Below are positions 50,581 to 62,182 of a stretch of 64,000 bases of DNA, in pieces. The stretch's first letter is position 1; each line of letters begins with the position of its first letter. Location of the stretch: contig NC_057720.1 of the NCBI RefSeq assembly GCF_004010195.1, forward strand, positions 21,605,907 to 21,669,906, read 5' to 3'. Below the pieces are notes generated by a model, which did no database searches, was not told the origin of the DNA, and saw only the letters and a program-made list of their open reading frames with translations. This DNA comes from Chiloscyllium plagiosum (taxonomy: Eukaryota). A program made the position numbers and the translations under genes.

Positions 50581-52559
50581 TGTTGCATGGCACACTAGTG
50601 AGTTGATGAAACAGCAGCAAAGCAGGTGCGTTATTAGAAGGAGCCAGCAGCTGTTATTGAAGATTAAAGTTTTGGGGAAGATAGTAGAAGTGGAGGAACA
50701 GCGGGCCATCAGAAAAATGAGTACTTATGCCAGGGTCCCCCTCCAATTGGTGTCAGAGGAGGTTACATTAGGAGAAGTCCAGCCAGACCAAACATTATTG
50801 GCTGGAGGTGGCAGTGGAAGTGAATCCAGATATAGCTTTGTGAGAAGGACCTGGATTCAATGATCCTCTGAAGACTGACAAGGGGAGTGGCAGTCTCTGG
50901 GTCAGTGATCACAAGCACACAAACACTTGAAAGTGTGTAATCCTGATGCCTTTACTAACAGGACACCATTCCCTCCCAAACGCTGCGATAAGTGGTGAAC
51001 TATGTGATGGAAATCAGGTCGGCTAACCCCTCTTGGAAGAACCCAGCTGGAACGAAATGTAATACTACAGTCACTTTGTCAGTTGTTGCAAGACTGATAC
51101 CAATGCACTCAGCGAGGAGGGAGAGATGCCAGGGTCCCCCTCCAATGTCAACTGTGCACATAACTCTGCTATTACCTACTTGGTAGGCGCACAGATACTC
51201 TGTCAGATTCAAGAAGCCAATATTACATTGTACCTTATGTGGAAATTATCAGCTCTGTACCCTCCCAGCCTTTCATCTGATGCCCCAATGCTATTCACTT
51301 ATGCTAGATTTTTGGGGTTCAGGACCACAGTTACCTAATCTGTTAATGAAGAATTTTCAGATAGTTTGTTAAATTTGTATAGAAACAATAGTTAATTAGA
51401 CAGAAAAGTACATGACCCATAACAGATTGAAGTGGTACTCACAGCTGAAAGGCATTTTTTAGGTCTTCATCCTCCTCTCCTTATCATACTTTCCATCTGA
51501 AGGAGGCAGTTGTCTGGCGAGTCCTACTGCGTGACCACGTACTGCCCTCTGACTCTGATCGCTTGTTGATAAACCCTATTTCTAGGCACTGATAGTTTGT
51601 GTGAAACATTCACCTGAATGCATCTAGCTAATGGACAGGACAGATGCACCAATTTCAAGGTAACATCTCAGATTTTGCCAACTTCCCAGTTTTAGACGAG
51701 GAAAATTGCCTGCTCTTTCGAAATGCCTTCATAGATGATACATTACACCAGGCTCCATTCTGCTAACTAGGAATGTAAACAAGGAAACCTGACCGAAGTG
51801 ACCCAGATGTTTCCTGATTTTAGCATTTTTTATGCTATTGCAAAGAGAGAGGATCATTGCTATCTTAGTAAATTTCATAACTTCTTTTCTATACAAGAAA
51901 TACCCTGATATATATAATATTAAGAGACCCAATTTTGAAAACCTGTATTTGCTATGTGAGTGGCTCCATTTTTGTGCTTTGGATTTTGATTGACAGAATT
52001 TATTGCTTTTTTTAAGCATAAGTTTTCTACCAGGGATATTTCTACAAAGCAGTCATGTCTTTCCTATTTCAGGATGAATGTGCTTGTGTTAGGATTTAAA
52101 GTTTAAGTTAGTATAGTAAACATATTAAAGGTTAATATAGTTTTAAGTTTGCACATCAGCAATTAAAAATCAATGTTTTCACTTGAAAGATTGTTCATAA
52201 TAAACATGTTTTGTTTTCTTGTCTGGTCTGAATGTCTTTTATCTTAGATAGTTTTAAAAGCCAGGCAAATTAACCATCTTTATGTTAAATTGTCATTTAC
52301 ATATCTGTGCTGGCTGGTGGAATATCAGTGCTTGATTTTCAGTGCTCCCTTCCCTTTAGTGCTGTAACAGGATCGTAAATGAAATTGTGGGAAAAATAGC
52401 GCAAATTTGGGTAAAAATGGGAAATCAGGGAAGAGACAAGGCAAGAAAGAAATGCATTAATATGGGAAATGTTAGACTGTGACAGAACGGGATAGATAGT
52501 ATAAATCTAGGATTAAATCAAGAAATAATGCCAGAGATTAACAAATAATAAAAGGGCAA

Positions 52560-53360
52560 AACTTGCTCCATATGTAAGTTAACATTGTATTTGAGCTAAA
52601 CAGATGAACTGATAGTACAATTAGAAGTAAGTATGGTCTGATAGCCATTACAGAGATGTGATTGCAGGGTGACATTGATAGGGACTGGAATATTGAAAGG
52701 TACATGACATTTAAGCAGGATAAGAAGCTAGGAAATAGTGGCGGGGTAGCTCTAATAATAAAATATGCTATTATCTCAACACAGTGGGTTGACATAAGTT
52801 CAGGAAACAGGGAAGGAGAAGTGGCTCACCAGAGATAGGAAGTGATAAAAGCATGATGTTATTTGTGGGAGTGATGTACAATTACCCTAACAATAACCAC
52901 AAGAGGTTAAGGGAAAAAGATAAAAGCAGCTTGTCAGCAAGATACAGTGATATTCAAGAGGGGTTTTTAATCTATATATTGACTAGGGAAAGCAGATAGG
53001 TAAAGCTAGACTAGGTGAAAAGTTTGGAGAAGGTTTTCTTGATAGTTTCTCAGTAAAGCACATTTTGGATCCACCAGAGAGCAGCCTATACTAGACCTGG
53101 CATTGTACAATGAGATTAGAATGAAATTTCACATTTAGTTAGAGGAACAGCTGAGTGAGTCCAAGGCTAGCATTTTAAACTCAAATTAAGGCTAATATGA
53201 CAGCATGAAAGCAGGGCTATATGAAATAAATTGGTAGGCCAACAGACTTGCAGCAACAGATAGGTGAGGAGCTATTTCAGAATACACGGAACAGATACAT
53301 TCTAATCAGAAAGAAAAATTCCAAAGGGACAGGACCCAACATTTGTTGTTAACTAAAAAA
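52560..53360 (+). mobile_element. Heavily decayed CR1 endonuclease-region fragment
   Basis: atagccattacagagatgtga approximates 'IAITETW'; gcctatactagacctgg approximates 'AILDL'. Confidence 0.6.
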
Positions 53361-53569
53361 AAGGAAAGTTCCATTGATATTTTATATTTAACATTAAGTA
53401 TTAAATATTTAATATTAAATATTTTATATTTCAGAACATTTCTGAGAAAAGGTCACTGGACCTGAAATGTTAACTGTGCTTTCTGTCCACAGAGGAGAGA
53501 GGAGAGGTGACAGCCCTAGTGATATATTAGCTGAACTAATTCAGATACACAGGTAATGTTTGTGAGTAA

Positions 53570-53890
53570 CATGGTAGTTCAGTGGTAAACACTGCTACCT
53601 CACAGTGCCAGGGGCCTGGGTTCGATTCTACCCTTGGGTAACTGAGTGCAGTTTGCACATTCTCCCTGTGTCTGTGTGGGTTTCTGTTGGGTAATCTGGT
53701 TTTCTCCCACAGTCCAAGGTTGTGCAGGTTAGGTGATTGGCTACATTAAATTGTCCATAGTGTCTAGGGATGTACAAGCTAGGTGGATTAGCCATGGGTA
53801 ATGTGGGGAGATAGGATTGGGGTGGGTGGGAGGTGCATTAGTCAGAGGTAAATATAAGGTTGGGGGAATGGGTCTGGGTGGGTTACTCTC
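53570..53890 (+). mobile_element. HE1/V-SINE-like SINE
   Basis: ggtagttcagtggtaaacactgctacctcacagtgccaggggcctgggttcgattc head; tttgcacattctccctgtgtctg core. Confidence 0.85.
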
Positions 53891-53894
53891 CAAA

Positions 53895-54260
53895 GTGTAT
53901 ATCATGAGAGGTATAGACAGGGTGGATAGCAAGAAGCTTTTTTTTTCCAGAGTAGGGGACTCAATTACTAGGGGTCACAAGTTCAAGGTGAGAGGGAAAG
54001 GTTTAAGGGCGATATGCATGGAAGGTTCTTTACGCAGAGGGTGGTGGGTATCTGGAACGCATTGCGAGCGAAGGTGGTAGAGGTGGGCACGATAGCATCA
54101 TTTAAAATGTATCAGGACAGATACATGAATGGGCAGGGTGCAGAGGGATACAGATCTTTAGATAATAGGTTTAGATAAAGGATCTGGATCAGTGCAAGCT
54201 TGGCGGGCCGAAGGGCCTGTTCCTGTGCTGTAATTTTCTTTGTTTTTTGTTCTTTGTTCT
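53895..54260 (+). mobile_element. CR1 3' fragment
   Basis: 'KVYIMRGIDRVDSKKLFF..TRGHKFKVRG'; (ttgttct)n tail. Confidence 0.85.
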
Positions 54261-54427
54261 TGATTGTCAGGAAAAGCCCATCTCATTCACTAGTGCCCTT
54301 TAGGAAGGAAATCTGTCATCCTTATCTGGTCTGACCTACATGTGACTGTAGACCCACAACAATGTGGTTGACTCTTTACTGCCCTCTGGGCAATTAGGAC
54401 TGGGCAATAAAATGTTGGTCAAGTTAG

Positions 54428-54980
54428 TAGAATCATGGAACGGAATCCCTACAGTGTGGAAACAGGCCCTTCGGCCCAACAGGTCCACACCAACATTTCG
54501 AAGAGTAAACCACCCAGACCCATTCCCCCAATCTTATATTTACTCCTAACTAATGCACCTAACCTAAACTATGGGCAATTTAACACAGCCAATTCACCTA
54601 ACCTGCACATCTTTGGACTGTGGGAAGAAACTGGAGCAAACCCATGCAGACACAGGAGAATGTGCAAACCCCACACATGATTTGGGGATGCTGGTGTTGG
54701 ATTGGGGTGTACAAAGTTAAAAATCACACAACACCAGGTTATAGTCCAACATGTTTAATTGGAAGCACTAGCTTTCGGAGCGCCGCTCCTTCATCAGGTG
54801 GTTGTGAGTGAGCGGCCCTCAAAAAGCTAGTGCTTCCAATTAAACCTGTTGGACTATAACCTGGTGTTGTGTAATTTTTAACTTTGTAAACTCCACTCAG
54901 ACAGTTGTCTGAGGCTGGAATCAAACCTGGGTCCCTGGCACTGTGAGGCAGCAGTGCTGAGCACTGAGCCACCGTGCCAC
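54428..54980 (-). mobile_element. HE1/V-SINE-like SINE split by the insertion at 54677-54887
   Basis: Head at 54900-54980 (ggcacggtggctcagtg on minus); body 54428-54676. Confidence 0.85.
54677..54887. mobile_element. Fold-back hammerhead-bearing mini-element with ~11-bp degenerate TSD
   Basis: Arms acaaagttaaaaatcacacaacaccagg...gcactagcttt / aaagctagtgc...aactttgt; minus hammerhead CUGAUGA A GGAGC GGC GCUCC GAAAG CUA; TSD aaac(c/t)ccac(a/t)c at 54666-54676 and 54888-54898. Confidence 0.85.
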
Positions 54981-55399
54981 CTCACATAGTGATGCCTACA
55001 TTCTGTGAATGAAAAAAAATACTGTCAGATCTGCTAAGTTTCTCCAGCAATTTCTGTTTTTGTTTCAGATTTCCAGCAACCACAATTCTTTTGTTTATTC
55101 TGATATTACCTAAATAGTGACAGCTCCAGGATGCAGAGGGACCAGGCTGTCTTAGTGAAAACATTATTTTTGAGTACTTTTGATAAGCAAGGGGGCAAAG
55201 AGGTTATGGGGGTTAAGTGAGAATGTGAAGTAAACAGATCAGCCATGAATTTTTTGAAAAATGGAATAGACTTGAGGTTACCTACTCCCACTCCTAATTC
55301 ATATGAATGTTTATATGTGACAGAACAGGAATCCAGCAAGCTAAATAGCCCTTGCGGATTACAAGGAAATGTTGAGAAATTGTTGAATTATGTTTGGTA

Positions 55400-56402
55400 A
55401 CTCATAGAGCCATAGAGATATAAAGATGTACAGCATGGAAACAGACCCTTCGGTCCAACCCGTCCATGCCAACCAGATATCCCAACCCAATCTAGTCCCA
55501 CCTGCCAGACCCTTCCTATTCATATACCCATCCAAATGCCTCTTAAATGTTGCAATTGTACCAGCCTCCACCACATCCTCTAGCAGCTCAGTCCATACAC
55601 GTACCACCCTCTGTGTGAAAAAGTTGCCCCTTAGGTCTCTTTTATATCTTTCCCCTCTCACCCTAAACCTATGCCCTCTAGTTCTGGACTCCCCCCCACC
55701 CTAGGGAAAAGACTTTGTCTATTTATCCAATCCATGCCCCTCATAATTTTGTAAACCTTTATAAGGTCACCCCTCAGCCTCCGATGCTCCAGGGAAAACA
55801 GCCCTAGCCTGTTCAGCCTCTCCCTGTAGCTCAGATCCTCCAACCCTGGCAACATCCTTGTAAATCTTTTCTGAACCCTTTCAAGTTTCACAACATCTTT
55901 CCGATAGGAAGGAGACCAGAATTACACGCAATATTCCAACCGTGGCCTAACCAATGTCCTGTACAGCTGCAACATGACCTCCCAACTCCTATACTCAATA
56001 CTCTGACCAATAAAGGAAAACATACCAAATGCCTTCTTCACTATCCTATCTACCTGCGACTCCACTTTCAAGGAGCTATGAACCTGCACTCCAAGATCTC
56101 CTTGTTCAGCAACACTCCCTAGGACCTTACCATTAAGTGTATAAATCCTGCTAAGATTTGCTTTCCCAAAATGCAGCACCTTGCATTTATCTGAATTAAA
56201 TTCCATCTGCCACTTCTTAGCCCATTGGCCAATGTGGTCCAGATCCTGTTGTAATCTGAGGTAACCCTCTTCGCTGTCCATTACACCTCCAACTTTGCTG
56301 TCATCTGCAAATTTACTAACTGTCCCTCTTATGCTCGCATCCAAATCATTTATGCAAATGACAAAAAGTAGAGGGCCTAGCACCGATCCTTGTGGCACTC
56401 CA
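55400..56402 (-). mobile_element. CR1 RT-3' fragment, young subfamily
   Basis: ORF 55922..56518 'GVPQGSVLGPLLFVICINDLD...SKFADDSK...RLEYCV'. Confidence 0.95.
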
Positions 56403-58194
56403 TTTAAGAATTTATTCTTTGTCACTGAGTATGCTGAGTCTGTGCTTTTAGAACAAGATCCAATGTGCAAAAACCCTTCCATTGGCGTTTTTTTTTGCAA
56501 GAGTATTTGTCCCCACATGAATTAGCAGAGACGATATAATGTACATTTGTACTAAACAGCCCAACCGTGTGAGATTTCCTGAGATTGTACCATTATGTGT
56601 TCACAGGTTCCTGATTTGGATTGGACGTGCTGCTGTGAGCCTGCTCTCAGCAGGAGATGGGAAACAGTGCACAGTCACTGCTTTTAAAGGCAGCAACTGC
56701 TTTTTAAAAGAGTTCTTTAGTTGTTAATGGGTGACACACAAAAAGTGGTGCAGAGTATCTTCATTTTAAGAGACTGTTTGGATGTACTTCTCCCCTGTTT
56801 GAGGCCCAATTGTACTTACTGCACAGGAGGATGTCAAGGCTCTATTTGGTCGTAGGTAGAAGATATGTAGCAATCAAACCTTTAGGAGCAGATGAGTTTT
56901 TTTAGTAGCTTTTGTAACTCTGCCAATGTAAGGATATGTGGTGCTTTATTAGACCAAGTATTTGATTTACTTGATTTGATTTATTGTTACATGTAATTAT
57001 TACAAATACAACAAAATATGTTGTTTTGTGTGGCTACTCTCCAGGTGCCATCTTAAAATACCAAAAAATTGCTTAAATACAGAAAATAAAGCCAGAAAAA
57101 TAATGCAATAAATGTCACCATTCAGTTTGATCTCAATAAAGTGAGATGGTCATTGGAACAGCTCCCACTCCTAGCTTAGCCATGGGCCTGGTTCCAGGTT
57201 CCTCCACTCCGATGCCTTAAGATACTACTGCAACTGCACTTCACCACACCACTGGAACAAAGAGTCGTCACTTTCCACCACCATCTCATCTCCCGGAACA
57301 TCGCCACCATGAGTTCATGCTGAGTCAACCTCGCCAATGCAGCTGGTGCAAGATCCTGTGCTGTGACCATCCTCGCTTCCGCTGCCATCCTCTCGCTTCC
57401 TCTGCCGGCCTAGTCGCAGATCGGGACCCTCAGCCCAGCCTGCAAGTCTAGACCGGGGGGGGGCAGGACTAAGCCTGGGACCTGCTCCTGACTCACCGCG
57501 AGACCTCAGGCAGAGCTGCATCTACCTCGTCCTGGCTTTGCAGCCACTGCCGCCACACACCTCTTCCTTCGACAGTTACTTGGCCTTGTTGCTCCCTGGG
57601 TTAGTCCACGCCGCCAATGTTACCCAACATTCCACACAATATTCGCTCTTGCCGATGTTGCCATCGATGGCATGACAACCGAGGTGAAACGGTAAGAGAA
57701 AAGACTTTAAAAGAAAAAGAAAAGGAAGACAAAGTAAAATAAAACAAAAAAAAGAAAGGAAACAAAACAAAGAAATGCAGATGGAAGTGAATGTGCTTTG
57801 GGCTCAGTAGCCCACCACTGCCTGACTGATGAATGAACGCATTAAGCATGCCATAAATTATTTTTTTTTAGTATAGAACTTAAAGATTGTTCAAAGGAGA
57901 CTAGAAGTTGAAGTGTTTCATCTTGTTTTTGTCTACCATGCAAGTGAGTCATGTGACACGAGTTTGAGTTTTGATGGGATTCAGGTGTGTCAGCTGTAGA
58001 TTGACTGGTCCGTTGGAACAAACAACATGTCTCATTGACCATTCCCAGCATTCCACTTGTGCTGAACCAGCCTCTGCTTGCTAATGTCTGGAAATTATGT
58101 CCACCACTAGATGTGATTCTGCTCTTGAAAATCGTTTATTAAATTTACATTGTGCTAAGAGTTATATCTAAGATCATCAACCAGACCAGTAGCT

Positions 58195-58860
58195 TAAGAC
58201 CAGAAGACCATAAGACATAGGAGCGGAAGTAAGGCCATTCGGCCCATCGAGACCACTCCGCCATTCAATCATGGCTGATGGGCATTTCAACTCCACTTAC
58301 CCACATTCTTCCCCGTAGCCCTTAATTCCTTGTGACATCAAGAATTTATCAATCTCTGCCTTGAAGACATTTAGCGTCCCAGCCTCCACTGCACTCTGTG
58401 GCAATGAATTCCACAGGCCCACCACTCTCTGGCTGAAGAAATGTCTCNNNNNNNNNNNAATCTCCGCTGGACACGCTCCAGTTCCAGTATGTCCTTCCTG
58501 AGGTGTGGGGACCAAAACTGGACACAGTACTCCAAATGGTGCCTAACCAGAGCTTTATAAAGTCTCAGTAGCACAATAGTGCTTTTATATTCCAACCCTC
58601 TTGAGATAATTGACAACATTGCATTCGCTTTCTTAATCACGGACTCAACCTGCATGTTTACCTTTAGAGAATCCTCAACTAGCACTCCCAGATCCCTCTG
58701 TACTTTGGCTTTACGAATTTTCTCACCGTTTAGAAAGTAATCCATGCTTCTATTCTTTTTCCCAAAGTGCAAGACCTCGCATTTGCTCACATTAAATTCC
58801 ATCAACCATTTCCTGGACCACTCCTCCAAACTGTCTAGATCCTTCTGCAGCCTCACCACT
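58195..58860 (-). mobile_element. CR1 3' fragment spanning an assembly gap
   Basis: 'LQKDLDSLEEWSRKWLMEFNVSKCEVLHFG...LEYCVQFWSPHLRKD'. Confidence 0.93.
58448..58458. other. Assembly gap (11 N)
   Basis: N run; CR1 sequence is missing across it, so the true gap is probably longer. Confidence 0.99.
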
Positions 58861-59342
58861 TGATATATATGTGCATGCTAGAAGATGTATGTATGAATAC
58901 GCAGGACTTTGTGTAGAAAAAGGAAGTTGTACATACATTGCACATATTCAAAAGAATACTCCTAGAGGAAGCCAAACTCTGTGACACCCTCATGGCAACA
59001 CCTTGACCAATCAGAATCTACCTACCTCGCCTGAAAAATAAAGATTGATGTTTTAACTGTTTTTGCAGGCAAACTTCCATCAGAATCCATCAGAAAATCA
59101 TCAGAATAGAAGCCAAGATACAAAAAAACCTTGAACTTGGAGAAGGAGTCTCAGCAACTTGTTCTGATTGTAAGTTAATTTGACAACTACCTTCCTGGCA
59201 ACTCAAATGCAAGTAGCCTTGCAGATGACTGAGAAACCTTTGCTTACAAGGATTTGACTTTGACTAAAAGCAGAGGTTTCTCATTTCAGAAAGTACAGCT
59301 CTCCAATTTAAGTGAGAATGAATCCTTATAATTACATTATAA

Positions 59343-59681
59343 AATTGAAAATAAACAAAAATTGAGGATGCTGAAAATCAGAAACACAAATTGTGGAAAA
59401 GCTCAGCAGATCTGGCAGCATCTTTAGGGAGAAAGCAGAGTTAATATTTCTTTACCCATTCCTTTATTAGCCCAACTATTTTTCTTTCACTTCAGGCTCT
59501 ATCTCCACCTATCGTTTACACCTCCACCTTCCACCCCAGTCCAATCTTTAGCATGTATACCAACCTTTTCCTCATTATAATCAGTTCTGAAGAAGGTTCA
59601 CTGGACCCAAACTGTTAAATCTGCTTTCTGTCCACGGGTGCTGCCAGACCTGCTGAGTTTTTCCAGCAATTTTTGTTTCTG
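59343..59681. mobile_element. Fold-back Penelope-LTR-derived insertion with degenerate hammerhead
   Basis: Inverted arms 59380-59445 / 59612-59681; agtt CTGAAGA a ggttc actg gaccc; possible TSD ttacatta(t/c)aa. Confidence 0.72.
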
Positions 59682-59794
59682 TTACATTACAATATTACCG
59701 CTTTTTTCTTTCTTTATGTTTCATTTTTGTAAGACAGTATGTGAGATATTTTGGCTTTAAACCGCTGAAGAAAGGGTGGGATGATAAATAACCA

Positions 59795-59889
59795 GCCCTG
59801 ATTAAGGATTCTTGCCCGAAACGTCAATTTTCCTGCTCCTCGGATGCTGCCTGACCTGCTCTGCTTTTCTGGAGCCTTGCTCTCGGCTC
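59795..59889 (+). mobile_element. 95-bp Penelope-LTR-derived insertion, 13-bp TSD
   Basis: tgataaataacca at 59782-59794 and 59890-59902; mutated core ctgattaagg...gcccgaaacgtc. Confidence 0.85.
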
Positions 59890-61300
59890 TGATAAATAAC
59901 CAAGTCAGCTTTGGAATTAATTAATTGAGAAACTAATCCAACTTAATAACATTCTCATGTCTTGTATAGGAAACAATTCGATCAATGGAACTAGGAAAAC
60001 ACATATCCATCCATGGTTACTGAAATGTTTTATGAGCCAAAGGGACAAAATCACCTGTACTCCCCAATCACACTACACTTGCTACTTGCCTTGCTTCAAA
60101 TTACACATGTGCTGTTTCCAAAAATATTATTTTCTGCAAGAAACTGTAGTACATAGCATTATGTCAGCATTTTGTTCTATCAACCTATCTGCTGTCTTTT
60201 CTGTTGGGAAGGTGTGAATAAAGTTTGCTCAATGATGGTCGTTTGCAGTTCAGAATGTATTAGTCTGAGTGTGATATACACAGAGAGTTTCTACATTGGG
60301 ATAGGTATTAATTGTCTTGGACAGGTGGATCAGTTCAATTCAACACTGAAATCAGGGTCTATCATCAGCTAGTCAACCTGGCCAACTGCTGGGCAAGAAA
60401 CTAAATGTAAACATTGTAATACAGTTCCATCATAACATTTAGCAGGAACCATCAGTTTTGGAGCACTAATATGAATTTGAGCTTCTCACATACTTTTTAA
60501 AAAACTTTATTTCTGGACAGCTGGTCACTGGTCACTTACATATTGATGGAGAGAAATCCATTACAATTCAAGAGGGTCAAAGTACTGTTTACCACATGGG
60601 TGACATCGCTAATGCCTTGAAGAATCCTTCAAAGAGGAAGCCACATGTGTGACCTTCTCATTTTATTGTTAGATGCCCAGTAGGAAAATGAAGAATAGCG
60701 CCTCTTCTGGTAGGGAAGTCTTTGATGAATTACAGGTTGATTGATGTCACTAATATTCCACATGATCGTTTGGAATGTACCTGAGTGGTGAATGAACCTG
60801 ACTGATGCTGCAACGGCCATCAAAGTTGTTAGTTATTTTCAGGTTGCATTTGCAGTTGTCTGCCTCTGAAGCTGATTCTGTGCAGGAAACTTCCTTCGGA
60901 CTTTATCAGTCAGACATTTCTGACCCGATAGAGAAAATCTGCATGGTGAAGCATAGATCTGGGCAGCAAACTTCTACTTCAATCAAATCTGCCTCATTGG
61001 CCTTCTTTCAGCTCTTCTTTCTTCTCCATGGACAACAAACAGGAAGAATTCAAGTATTCTGACCTTCAATTGTAGCAGTGAGCAATCTACTTATTAAAAA
61101 AAAAATTGGACAGAAATACAAAAAAAGTTTTTTCTAAAAATAAATCACATACAAAGAGAATGTTCCCATGTTTATTAGTGTTTTTAAACGCAGACTCAAA
61201 TACAGGAACAGAATGTTTTTTCTATTGAACGTGTTCTCCCATTCAATAAGTTCATTTGTATCTTAATGCAATCCATCTGCCATGGCTCCCTAAGATCAGG

Positions 61301-61570
61301 TTAGATTACTTACAGTGTGGAAACAGGCCCTTCGGCCCAACAGGTCTACACCGACCCGCTGAAGCACACCCATTCCCCTACACCTAACACTACGGGCAAT
61401 TTAGCCTGGCCAATTCACCTAACCTGCACGTTTTTGGACTGTGGGAGGAAACCAGAGCACCCAGAGGAAACCCACACAGACACGGGGAGAATGTGCAAAC
61501 TCCACACCTGGAATTAAACCAGGTCTCTAGTACTGTGAGGCAGCAGTGCTAACCACTGTGCCACCGTGCC
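61301..61570 (-). mobile_element. HE1/V-SINE-like SINE
   Basis: Minus head ggcacggtggcacagtggttagcactgctgcctcacag; gtggagtttgcacattctccccgtgtctg core. Confidence 0.88.
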
Positions 61571-62089
61571 ATTGATCTCCAACTTGAAATTTCTAACAGA
61601 GTTACATTGGTTACACAGTTTTTAAAAGCTATATGCTGCTTTTTGTAGAAAAGTTTCCAAATTTCCACCATTGGAAAAGGTTGTTCCTAAATTTTCTCAT
61701 GAATTGTCAAGCTCAGATTTTTAATATTACTTTCTCATGTTCTGGATTCTACAATCGGCTAAACCATGCATCTATCTCCACTATTAGTTCCTTTCAAAAT
61801 CTTTCATCAGATTACACCTCCTCAAGAGAATACAAGTTTGCTTTCACTAATCTCTTCACCACTTCTTGTAATTGGATGCTTGGAGCCCTGGTAATATTCT
61901 GGTGGTTTTCTAGAGTACTTCTTTTCAGTGCGATATACTCTCTCTGAAGTGAGGTACCCACACTGTAAACTGTACTTCACAAGTAGTCTATAGCAGTAAT
62001 GATTTGGAGATGCCTGTGTTGGACTGGGGTGTACAAAGTTAAAAATCACACAACACCAGGTTATAGTCCAACAGGTTTAATTGGAAGCA

Positions 62090-62124
62090 CACTAGCTTTC
62101 GGAGCGACGCTCCTTCCTCAGGTG
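62090..62124 (-). ncRNA. Minimal hammerhead ribozyme motif
   Basis: CAC CUGAGGA A GGAGC GUC GCUCC GAAAG CUA GUG. Confidence 0.75.
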
Positions 62125-62147
62125 ATTGCCTAATCACCTGCCACAAT

Positions 62148-62182
62148 CACCTGATGAAGGAGCGTCGCTCCGAAAGCTAGTG
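62148..62182 (+). ncRNA. Minimal hammerhead ribozyme motif
   Basis: CAC CUGAUGA A GGAGC GUC GCUCC GAAAG CUA GUG; stem I CAC/GUG, AGCU palindromic stem III. Confidence 0.8.

Noticed and set aside
53390..53430. AT-only palindrome tattaaatatttaata
   Set aside because: Low complexity and expected by chance in AT-rich DNA.
61520..61570. tRNA genes at SINE heads (also ~8060-8122, 30170, 53570, 54920)
   Set aside because: A/B-box-like heads continue into SINE bodies and no complete cloverleaf is evident.
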